Part shown: positions 31,735-39,340 of the stretch, one piece after another | Layout: the number at the start of each line of letters is the position of its first letter | How positions within the stretch are numbered: the stretch's first letter is position 1 | Source: an uncultured cyanobacterium | GTDB taxonomy: Bacteria > Cyanobacteriota > Cyanobacteriia > PCC-9006 > JAAUQQ01 | NCBI GenBank assembly: GCA_963718615.1 | Contig: OY970368.1 | Span: 2,048,001 to 2,112,000, forward strand | DNA: 64,000 nucleotides | Reading direction: 5' to 3' | Program-made: the position numbers and the translations under genes | The notes under the pieces: generated by a model | Database searches by the model: none | What the model was told of the DNA's origin: nothing | The model's input: only the letters and a program-made list of their open reading frames with translations

Positions 31735-32841
31735 CTAGCCGTTTGCATTCAGTCCCGAGGCGTGAAACACTACAGGTGTCGCTGGACCTAAGGCCAAAAG
31801 CTCAGGAAAATTATGAGCATTAGGCTCATGCATGGCTTGAATTCCTAAGTTTGCCCGATTAAGCAAATCGGCATAGGAGGGCACCACAGCACCCTGACTG
31901 TCGAGGATGGAGTGGTTGAAATTGAAGCCATTGAGATTAAAGGCCATGACGCCAATCCCAAGGGTGGCCGACCAAATCCCAAGGGTGGGAAGTGCCGCCA
32001 GGAGAAAATGAACCGCACGGCTGTTATTCAGGGTCAGCGCAGGGACCAGAACTCTGCCCAGATAGCCCACATGTCCTGCCATCAAGTTGTAGGTGGTTTC
32101 CTGTTGGCCAAATCGATAACCCGCATTGGCTGATTCTAGGTCCGTGGTTTCGCGAATGAGACTCGTGGTGACCAAGGAACCATGCATGGCACTCAGAAAC
32201 GCACCGCCGAAGATACCGGCAACACCAAGCATGTGCAAGGGATGCATCAGCACATTGTGCGCGGCCTGAAGGGATAGCATGAAGTAAAACGTTCCTGAGA
32301 TACCCAAGGGCATTCCCTCAGAGAAACTGCCCTGACCCAGGGGATAAATCAAGAGAATTGCTGTGGCAGCCGTTACGGGTGCGGAAAAAGCAACGGCAAT
32401 CCAGGGTCGCATCCCCAGGCGATAGCTTAACTCCCATTGCCGACCCAAATAGCACCAAATGGCAATGAGGAAATGGAAGATAATCAGTTGATAAGGACCC
32501 CCGTTGTAGAGCCATTCAGCAATGGAATTAGCTTGCCACAGGGGATAAAAGTGCAACCCAATGGCCGCTGATGTGGGAACAACCGCAGCGGTAATGAGAT
32601 TATTACCCCCGAGGATCGAACCGATTACAGGCTCTCGAATGCCCTCCATATCTACATGGGGAGCGGCGATGAAGGCGATCGCAAAAACAATACTAGCGAC
32701 CAACAACGTTGGAATCATCAAGACCCCAAACCAACCGATATAAAGGCGGTTGTGGGTGCTCGTAATCCATTTGGAAAACTGCTCCCACGTCCGCGACAAC
32801 TCAAATTCAGAATTTTGTCTGTTTCGGATTACAGAACTCAT
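31735..32841 (-). CDS. psbA: Atypical photosystem II D1, 'rogue' (group 2-like); not O2-evolving
   Basis: D1 fold with D61E, D170E, E189A, D342L, R334P, an insertion in the QB loop (AGHVGYLGR) and no S264. Y161, H190, H198, H215 and H272 are kept. No ChlF QD motif (CYLGRQW). Confidence 0.88.
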   Translation of the reverse strand: MSSVIRNRQNSEFELSRTWEQFSKWITSTHNRLYIGWFGVLMIPTLLVASIVFAIAFIAAPHVDMEGIREPVIGSILGGNNLITAAVVPTSAAIGLHFYPLWQANSIAEWLYNGGPYQLIIFHFLIAIWCYLGRQWELSYRLGMRPWIAVAFSAPVTAATAILLIYPLGQGSFSEGMPLGISGTFYFMLSLQAAHNVLMHPLHMLGVAGIFGGAFLSAMHGSLVTTSLIRETTDLESANAGYRFGQQETTYNLMAGHVGYLGRVLVPALTLNNSRAVHFLLAALPTLGIWSATLGIGVMAFNLNGFNFNHSILDSQGAVVPSYADLLNRANLGIQAMHEPNAHNFPELLALGPATPVVFHASGLNANG

Positions 32842-32988
32842 CGGTCAGACCTCCAAAAACGAGGATATGTCTGATCCAGTCCGCAACAGTTAAGGGTGAG
32901 CAGTCAGGCTCAGGAAAATTTCAGGCATCCAAAATAATGACGAAATACCGTACTGCTACCCGTAGGACGAACTCTTCAGAACAGCTCC

Positions 32989-33008
32989 ATTGTATAACTA
33001 GATAGCGA
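32989..33008 (-). promoter_or_regulatory. Operator-like motif plus -10 (TACAAT) upstream of rogue psbA
   Basis: Minus strand reads TCGCTATCTAGTTA-TACAAT. Confidence 0.55.
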
Positions 33009-33073
33009 TTTGATTAGCGAACTTTTTGTTAAGCTTTGCCCGTCTAGGCCAAGCGCTAGGCCAAGCGCGGAGA

Positions 33074-33282
33074 CTAGGGCTTACTCATATAGCCGCCCGT
33101 AGCCGGATCAATCGACACGTAGAAATAGCCAGAGGATTTCCAGGCTCCAAAGCCTCCTCCCATATGGGCAATCTGCTCTAGGCCGTTCGCGGCACATTAC
33201 CCTCCAGATGCGCCTTAACCTCCGCTGAGCTCAGGATCTCGAAGGACATTCCCTTTAGCTGTTCACAGTCGTTGCCATACAT
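33074..33282 (-). pseudogene. Probable rhodanese remnant between petC and rogue psbA
   Basis: Minus strand encodes MYGNDCEQLKGMSFEILSSAEVKAHL...*, then in another frame GLEQIAHMGGGFGAWKSSGY, a rhodanese C-terminal GGxxxW signature; the central part is missing. Confidence 0.5.
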
Positions 33283-33825
33283 TCAGACCCACCAGGGTTG
33301 TTCGTCAGTTCGGGGATCGATTTCAGTCCAGGGATAAAGCCAAATGGCATCCCCTTGAATGGCTACATGAACAATCTTGAGGGGACGATCCGCAGGACCT
33401 CGAACCACAACCCCTTCAGGGGTATAGAGAGAACCATGACAGGGGCATTGAAACTGTTGGTCCATGTCATTCCAGGGAAAGGTACAGCCCAGATGGGTAC
33501 AGTTGTTGACAATACCCATGGAGTTCAATGTGCCATCGGCTTCCACGGTGAGATAGGTGGGTTCTCCAGCCAAGCCTGCAATTAAGGCCCTTGTGCCCGG
33601 AGGTTCTGCCAAAATCTGGCTCGCAGGAATCAGAGTTCCCAATTTATCTTTGGCGAGGAAGCCGCCTCCGGCTCCGGCTTCCGCTGGGGGAACAAAAAAT
33701 TTGGCAACGGGATAAAGGCTAGAACTAACCGTGGTTGCGATCGCCGCGCCGGTCAAAAAATTAAGCAACTGACGCCGAGACAGGGACGGACTTTCAACCG
33801 GCATTACATCATCCATAACATCCAT
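33283..33825 (-). CDS. petC: Cytochrome b6f Rieske iron-sulfur protein (alternative PetC copy)
   Basis: Tat SRRQLL, CTHLGC and CPCHGS, VRGPA, WTEIDPRT...WW. Confidence 0.92.
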   Translation of the reverse strand: MDVMDDVMPVESPSLSRRQLLNFLTGAAIATTVSSSLYPVAKFFVPPAEAGAGGGFLAKDKLGTLIPASQILAEPPGTRALIAGLAGEPTYLTVEADGTLNSMGIVNNCTHLGCTFPWNDMDQQFQCPCHGSLYTPEGVVVRGPADRPLKIVHVAIQGDAIWLYPWTEIDPRTDEQPWWV

Positions 33826-33849
33826 TTACTCCGCTGATTTCAACCCGTT

Positions 33850-34068
33850 TCATTTTGAAGAATTCGCTTGAGATTGACGGGTGTTCAAGCCAAATAATCC
33901 GTAAAGCAGACAAGATCCCGCTAGCGCACTCAACGTCGCCATCGTGCCAAAAACATCAAGCGCAATGCCCAGGGATGAGCCTGAATAGACAAACAGCCCC
34001 AGATAAAACAGGCCACTGGCAACAATGAGGCGAATCAGGCGATCGGTAGTTCCAAGGTTATTAAACAT
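33850..34068 (-). CDS. DUF2892 / YgaP-like small membrane protein
   Basis: NLGTTDRLIRL...GSCLLYGLFGLNT. Confidence 0.8.
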   Translation of the reverse strand: MFNNLGTTDRLIRLIVASGLFYLGLFVYSGSSLGIALDVFGTMATLSALAGSCLLYGLFGLNTRQSQANSSK

Positions 34069-34117
34069 GAGTAATACCCTCTCTCAGGAGGATCGATTGA
34101 TTGACTGATGAATGGAT

Positions 34118-34525
34118 TTAGGCTGCAACCGGCACCGCGACCGGCAACCGATCCATTACAGCCTGCATTTTCTTGCTGGCGTCCAAGGCAATTTCCTTAG
34201 CTCTAGGGCTATGCACCATCAGGAACATCATCAGGGGGTCCACCGCAGACACCTCAACTCGGCCATTCTCATGCTCCTGAACAACAACGTTGCAAGGATA
34301 AAGCACCCCTGCCTTGTCGTCGGTTTGGATCATTTCGTAGGCCACTTGGGGATGACAAGCCCCGAGAATTCGATATCGACGGAAATCGGCCCCTAGTTTT
34401 TTCTTGAACGCGGCTTGCACATCAATTTCGGTCAATACCCCCAGCCCTTCTTCCTTCAGGGCTTCGGTCACGAGGGCGATCGCCTCATCAAAGGAGGCTC
34501 CAACAACTTTACTAAAGTGATACAT
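34118..34525 (-). CDS. DUF302 domain protein
   Basis: FDEAI..VTEALKEEG.GVLTEIDV, YRILGACHP, LYPCNVVV; ATG at 34525. Confidence 0.85.
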   Translation of the reverse strand: MYHFSKVVGASFDEAIALVTEALKEEGLGVLTEIDVQAAFKKKLGADFRRYRILGACHPQVAYEMIQTDDKAGVLYPCNVVVQEHENGRVEVSAVDPLMMFLMVHSPRAKEIALDASKKMQAVMDRLPVAVPVAA

Positions 34526-34619
34526 GAACGACAAATCCTTACGATGGGTCAGAGGAGAGGGAGGAGAAAGTCGACTGAGGACTAAAACGCAACAATCCTT
34601 AACCTCTTTCTGCATTAAA

Positions 34620-34677
34620 CAACCAAATAGTAATTTAGTCAACTCGCCCCCTTGAATCTTTTATAACTATCTAGTAG
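34620..34677. promoter_or_regulatory. Two operator-like motifs in the divergent DUF302/sqr promoter region
   Basis: CAACCA-AA-TAGTAA (34620-34633) and TAACTA-TC-TAGTAG (34664-34677). Confidence 0.5.
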
Positions 34678-34710
34678 AGTAATTGAATAAAGATAGAAGG
34701 ATTGAGCGCC

Positions 34711-36042
34711 ATGGCCAATGTTGTTGTAGTGGGTGCCGGGTTAGCGGGTTTGCCAGCAGCTTACGAGTTGAGGCATTTTTTGCCAATGCAACATACGGTT
34801 ACCCTAGTTTCTAGTGAGTCGCAGTTTACGTTTATCCCAGGGTTAATACAGGTTGCTCTCGATTTAAAGCCGCTCAAGCATGTACAACTGGATCTAGAGC
34901 GTCTCTGCCGGCGTCATGGGTTAAATTGGCTGTCGGGTGCAGTCACGGCCTTGGATCCTGTGGGTCGAACGTTGACGGTGGAGGGACAGGGTTCGTTGCC
35001 CTACGATTATTTGGCGATCGCCACAGGTGCGTCACTAGCGTTTGACCTCGTTCCTGGCCTTGGCCCTGACAACGGCTACACCCAATCGGTTTGTACCCCC
35101 CACCACGCCCTTGCCGCCCGCGAGGCTTGGCTCAAATTTCTAGAAAATCCAGGTCCCCTGGTGGTTGGAGCTGCGCCGGGGGCAGGCTGTTTTGGCCCCG
35201 CTTATGAGTTTGCGCTGATGGCTGAACATGAGCTGCGTCGTCGAGGTCTGCGCGATCGGGTGGCCATCACCTATGTCACGCCTGAGCCCTATGTGGGGCA
35301 TCTGGGGGTTTCAAAGGTTAAAAACGCCGAGACTTTGACTGCTGAGCTGATGAAAAAACGGGGCGTTGAAGTGATTACTAATGCGGTAATCCAATCGGTT
35401 GAACCAGGCCAAATCCTCCTCAGCGACGGTCAGCAGTTACCCTTTCAATATTCGATGATTTTGCCTGCCTTTCGGGGTGTGGGATTTGTCCGTGCGGTGC
35501 CTGACTTGGGAGATGACAAAGGTTTTATTCCCGTTTTGCCAACACAGCGTCATCCTAAGTTTCCGGAGATTTATGCAGCAGGTGTTAGCATTAAGCTGGC
35601 ACAACCGGATCAAACATTAGTTCCCATTGGTTTGCCCAAGAGCGGCCAAATGGCAGAGGCGATGGCCACTGCTGTTGCCCATAACATCGCAGTTGAACTG
35701 GGAGCACTGCAAGATTCTCTTGTCATTCCGACGCTTGATGCCCTCTGCTTTGCAGAATTTGGTGATACCGGTATTGCCTACATTGCAGCGCCAGTGCTGC
35801 CCGACCCCAAAACCGGTAAACGCAAAAACTCCTATGCAGTAAGGGGGGCTTGGATTGTTTGGGTGAAAGCTGCTTTTGAAGAGTATTTCATGGCTAAAAT
35901 GCGGTTGGGTGTCGGGATGCCCTGGTACGAGAGGTTAGGCCTCAAAACCCTATTTGGGCTGAAGCTTCTGAAAAGCGTTGCATCCCACGAACAAACCACC
36001 GTTCCAGAGGACAACAGCCCATCCTCAAGCTTAACAACCTAA
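34711..36042 (+). CDS. sqr: Sulfide:quinone oxidoreductase, type I-like
   Basis: GAGLAG FAD motif; three conserved Cys in SVCT, GCFGPAYE and LCFAEFGDTG; PKSGQMAE; KAAFEEYF. Confidence 0.85.
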   Translation: MANVVVVGAGLAGLPAAYELRHFLPMQHTVTLVSSESQFTFIPGLIQVALDLKPLKHVQLDLERLCRRHGLNWLSGAVTALDPVGRTLTVEGQGSLPYDYLAIATGASLAFDLVPGLGPDNGYTQSVCTPHHALAAREAWLKFLENPGPLVVGAAPGAGCFGPAYEFALMAEHELRRRGLRDRVAITYVTPEPYVGHLGVSKVKNAETLTAELMKKRGVEVITNAVIQSVEPGQILLSDGQQLPFQYSMILPAFRGVGFVRAVPDLGDDKGFIPVLPTQRHPKFPEIYAAGVSIKLAQPDQTLVPIGLPKSGQMAEAMATAVAHNIAVELGALQDSLVIPTLDALCFAEFGDTGIAYIAAPVLPDPKTGKRKNSYAVRGAWIVWVKAAFEEYFMAKMRLGVGMPWYERLGLKTLFGLKLLKSVASHEQTTVPEDNSPSSSLTT

Positions 36043-36082
36043 GGTACTGATCAATCGTTCTTGCTGATCCTTTGGTGTGCAG

Positions 36083-36577
36083 ATGAACAGTCACCGCTCC
36101 GATACCTTGACCAATCCAGAAGCCAATGAACAGCACTTTAAAGCCTTAGCCGATCGCTTTAAGCTTTTGAGTGATCCCAGTCGCCTCCGAATCCTTTCTG
36201 CACTGTGTCAGCAAGAGTATAATGTCACTGAAATTTGTGAGCTGACGGGCCTGAATCAGGCCAACGTTTCCAAGCATTTACAATTGCTCAAATACGCAGG
36301 CGTAGTGCGGTGTAATCGCGTTGGGATTTGCCGTTACTACCGCGTTATTGATCGGGATTTATTAGACCTCTGCTCTAAACCTTTAGCTGAGTTTAAGGAA
36401 TTGCCGCAAATTGAAACTTTAGGAGAAGATCACTGTGTTGAAAAAACAAGTTCAAACCAGACTAATTCGATGGGGACTCAGCCTAGTACTGATAGTAGGT
36501 GCTGTGCTTGGACTACCGGCGATCGCCCAGGCCCAACCCCATCCCGAGGAATTGGCCAAGGCAGTGCAGTCGATTGA
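36083..36577 (+). CDS. ArsR/SmtB family regulator (Cys-rich; C-terminal tail overlaps the next gene)
   Basis: FKLLSDPSRLRILSALC...NVTEICELTGLNQANVSKHL..L..AG.V.C.R.G.CRYY...LLDLC. Confidence 0.85.
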   Translation: MNSHRSDTLTNPEANEQHFKALADRFKLLSDPSRLRILSALCQQEYNVTEICELTGLNQANVSKHLQLLKYAGVVRCNRVGICRYYRVIDRDLLDLCSKPLAEFKELPQIETLGEDHCVEKTSSNQTNSMGTQPSTDSRCCAWTTGDRPGPTPSRGIGQGSAVD

Positions 36578-37064
36578 AAATCTGGATGCCCTGCGCAGCG
36601 ATTTAGCAGCCTATCTCAAAGACACCTCTGAGCCTCCCACCGCAGAAACGATGAAGCAGGTTTGTAAACCGGTTGGCATGAAGGCAGTACAATTGAGTCA
36701 GGAAAATGGCTGGCAGGTCAAGCAAATTGCCAGCAAGTATCGCAACCCCAACCATGCACCCAGTACGCCCTCAGAGCGGCAGGCATTAAAGGAATTTGAG
36801 CGTCAGCCTGAGCTCATGGGGTTCTGGCAATCCGAGACCGTTGGCGATCAAGCTGGATTGCGCTATTACCGTCGCATTAACGTGGAGGAAAGCTGTTTGG
36901 CCTGTCATGGTTCAAAAGCAAGCCGTCCCGAATTTGTTCAGAATAACTATCCCCAGGATTTGGCCTACAACTTTAAGGTGGGAGATTTACGCGGCATGTA
37001 TTCAGTATTTATGCCGGACGTGACCCAACAGGTTGTAGAGCAAGCCTTGAGTGCAAACTCATAG
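36435..37064 (+). CDS. Tll0287-like / DUF3365 c-type heme protein, exported
   Basis: Signal peptide, QVCKPVG (candidate axial Cys), KYRNPNHAP, CLACH, GDLRGMYSV; AGGAG RBS before the GTG. Confidence 0.85.
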   Translation: MLKKQVQTRLIRWGLSLVLIVGAVLGLPAIAQAQPHPEELAKAVQSIENLDALRSDLAAYLKDTSEPPTAETMKQVCKPVGMKAVQLSQENGWQVKQIASKYRNPNHAPSTPSERQALKEFERQPELMGFWQSETVGDQAGLRYYRRINVEESCLACHGSKASRPEFVQNNYPQDLAYNFKVGDLRGMYSVFMPDVTQQVVEQALSANS

Positions 37065-37079
37065 AGGTCCAAGCCAATT

Positions 37080-37610
37080 ATGCGTCAACTTCTTCTTCAA
37101 CTTGCGCTGCTGAGTACTATCGCTTTGGTCTTGATCACAGGACTGGGAGGGTCGTTCTCAAAGCCAGCGATCGCCGCCATCCGTCAACTTGAAGAAGCAC
37201 CGGGTCAGATGCTTTACCAATCTCGCCAAATCTTAAACGATCAGCAGGGTAATTCCTGGCAGGCGATCGCCTTTAAGCGTATTCGGGCGAATGGCGATCA
37301 GACCTTCAATCTTCGCTTAGTAGGGTTTCCGGGAATAGTGACCATTGACCGATCGCTTCCCCTCACGTTAACCAATTCCCTGGGACAAGTCTTCATGGCA
37401 TCGGATGCCTCGCAGAAAATTTTTACTGATACCAATGCTCCTGAAAGCCATGTGGGCCAGTATGATCTTCAGCCGATTTTGTCACAGCTTCAACCTGAAT
37501 TGTCCTGGCAATTAGATTTACCCACCCAATCGTCTGAGCCGGTCACGCTGTCGATAGGCTCAAGCGTTATTCAAGAATGGCAGGCGATCGCCCAATCTAA
37601 CTCAAATTAA
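37080..37610 (+). CDS. DUF3122 domain protein
   Basis: AAIRQLEEAPGQMLYQSRQ.L.D..G.SWQAIAFK, LRLVGFPG, VGQYDL. Confidence 0.8.
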   Translation: MRQLLLQLALLSTIALVLITGLGGSFSKPAIAAIRQLEEAPGQMLYQSRQILNDQQGNSWQAIAFKRIRANGDQTFNLRLVGFPGIVTIDRSLPLTLTNSLGQVFMASDASQKIFTDTNAPESHVGQYDLQPILSQLQPELSWQLDLPTQSSEPVTLSIGSSVIQEWQAIAQSNSN

Positions 37611-37739
37611 CTCGAATAACGACTGATCGCTTTCCATACCAAAGCAGCCCTCAAGGCTGGAGCATCACGGACAGAACTCCTAGCAATAGAGCGGTCCATT
37701 CATTCAATCTTGTCACCCTGAAAACTTGGAAGAATAATT

Positions 37740-38387
37740 ATGAAATTGAGAAATCGTCAATCCCAAAATCGTTGCTACAATCATTCCTCTCGCCGAAACG
37801 GCTCAGGAAAAGCGGGTAAAGCCTGTAGTATGGCTCTGTTAGCTTCTATTATGACCTTAGCCGCCAGTTCTAGTCCTCCCCTCGCAGCCAGTTCCCTCGA
37901 CGCCAAAACGCAGCAGGTGATGGTCGAATCGATCCAAGATGAGTATCATGCCAAAGCGTTTTATAACGCGGTAATTGAGAAGTTTGGCCCAGTTCGTCCC
38001 TTCATCAATATTGTTCAAGCGGAAGAGCGCCATGCCCAACGATGGGTGGCTTTATTCAACCAGTATGGACTGCCGGTTCCTGAAGACAGCTTTGCTGGAA
38101 AAATTGCGGCCCCTGCAACCCTATCAGAAGCCTGTGAACTCGCAATTGCCGCAGAGATTGCCAATGTTAAAATGTATGATGGCTTCCTTGAATTCGTAAC
38201 CGAACCTGATTTGCGAACGATTTTTAGTCAACTGCGGAATGTATCTGAGAATCAGCACAAGGTTGCGTTCGAGCGCTGTGCAAATCGTGTCCCTGGGGAA
38301 GGACAAGGTCAAGGCCAAGGTCGTCAGGGTCAAGGTCGTCAGGGTCAAGGTCGTCAGGGTCAAGGCTTAGGATGGAGGATGAGATGA
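37740..38387 (+). CDS. Ferritin-like (DUF2202-like) exported protein with Gly/Gln/Arg tail
   Basis: DEYHAKAFY..VI.KFG.VRPF.NI..AEERH, EIANV.MYD, H..AFERC; tail CAAGGTCGTCAGGGT x3 (38316-38360). Confidence 0.75.
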   Translation: MKLRNRQSQNRCYNHSSRRNGSGKAGKACSMALLASIMTLAASSSPPLAASSLDAKTQQVMVESIQDEYHAKAFYNAVIEKFGPVRPFINIVQAEERHAQRWVALFNQYGLPVPEDSFAGKIAAPATLSEACELAIAAEIANVKMYDGFLEFVTEPDLRTIFSQLRNVSENQHKVAFERCANRVPGEGQGQGQGRQGQGRQGQGRQGQGLGWRMR

Positions 38388-39190
38388 CTCAGTTCAAACA
38401 ATCGTTTTCAACGGTTTATGGCCCTGTGCAATCCTGGCGATTTGGGCGATCGCTCGGCATCGATCCGATTGGTTTGCGATCGACCTGTTCGTTTAACTGC
38501 GTCTATTGTCAGTTGGGGATCATTCAAGATCAAACCATGACGCGCAGCCGGTTTGTCGAAACCCAACAGATTGTTGAAGAACTTAAGCAAATCGACCCAG
38601 TCAAGACCCCCTATGATGTGGTGACCTTGAGCGGCAGTGGAGAGCCAACGCTGGCGCTCAATCTAGCAGAAATTATCACCCAGGCCAAGACGATCACGGG
38701 CCGTCCCGTTGTGGTTTTAACCAATGGATCGTTGTTGGGCGATCGCGAGGTTCAAGCAGCCCTCAATCTCGCCGATCAAGTTGCCGTTAAACTTGACGCA
38801 GTTTCAGTCAAACAACTGCAACGGGTCAATCGCCCCACAAGGGAGATGCAATGCTCAGACCTCTTTGCTCATCTCCAGTTCTTTGCCGATCATTATTGGG
38901 GGGAATTGGCGTTGCAGACGATGGTCCTTAGCCCTTGGTCTGCCCCCGAGAAAGCCCAATATATCGAAATGTTGCAACAGTACCAACCGGACGAAGTGCA
39001 GCTCAACGCCCCTGCTCGTCCTCAGCCAAAAACCCGCCAACTGGAAGCACGGGGAAATGCCCCCTTCGAGACCAGTTCTTCTGCACTTCAGACCCTACAA
39101 TGCGTGACAACGACAACACTACAAGACTTTGCCGAAGAGATTGAACGATTAACCGGCATTCCCACGCGATACCCGCAGCTACAGCATTAG
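38384..39190 (+). CDS. Radical SAM protein (COG0731-like Fe-S oxidoreductase)
   Basis: YGPV.SWRFGRSLGID, CSFNCVYC, SGSGEPTL, LTNG; ATGA overlap with the upstream gene. Confidence 0.85.
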   Translation: MTQFKQSFSTVYGPVQSWRFGRSLGIDPIGLRSTCSFNCVYCQLGIIQDQTMTRSRFVETQQIVEELKQIDPVKTPYDVVTLSGSGEPTLALNLAEIITQAKTITGRPVVVLTNGSLLGDREVQAALNLADQVAVKLDAVSVKQLQRVNRPTREMQCSDLFAHLQFFADHYWGELALQTMVLSPWSAPEKAQYIEMLQQYQPDEVQLNAPARPQPKTRQLEARGNAPFETSSSALQTLQCVTTTTLQDFAEEIERLTGIPTRYPQLQH

Positions 39191-39270
39191 TCCAGCCGCG
39201 CTTAAGTTTGGCCCGATCAATTGGGTCAGATTTGTAAAGATAAAACACAACGTCGTTCAGGTATCCGATC

Positions 39271-39287
39271 AATCGCTATACAGTTAT
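39271..39287 (+). promoter_or_regulatory. Operator-like motif upstream of bchE
   Basis: AATCGCTATACAGTTAT, 15/17 identical to the rogue-psbA site. Confidence 0.55.
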
Positions 39288-39340
39288 CTAAAGATTAAGC
39301 AAGCTGGTTTTATCGTCAACCTTGTGACAGGGGTCAATCC

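Noticed and set aside
31735-32841. Chlorophyll f synthase (ChlF, super-rogue D1) / far-red photoacclimation cluster
   Set aside because: It lacks the ChlF QD motif (has CYLGRQW), and no rfpABC or far-red psa/apc paralogues are in the window; it fits rogue group 2 better.
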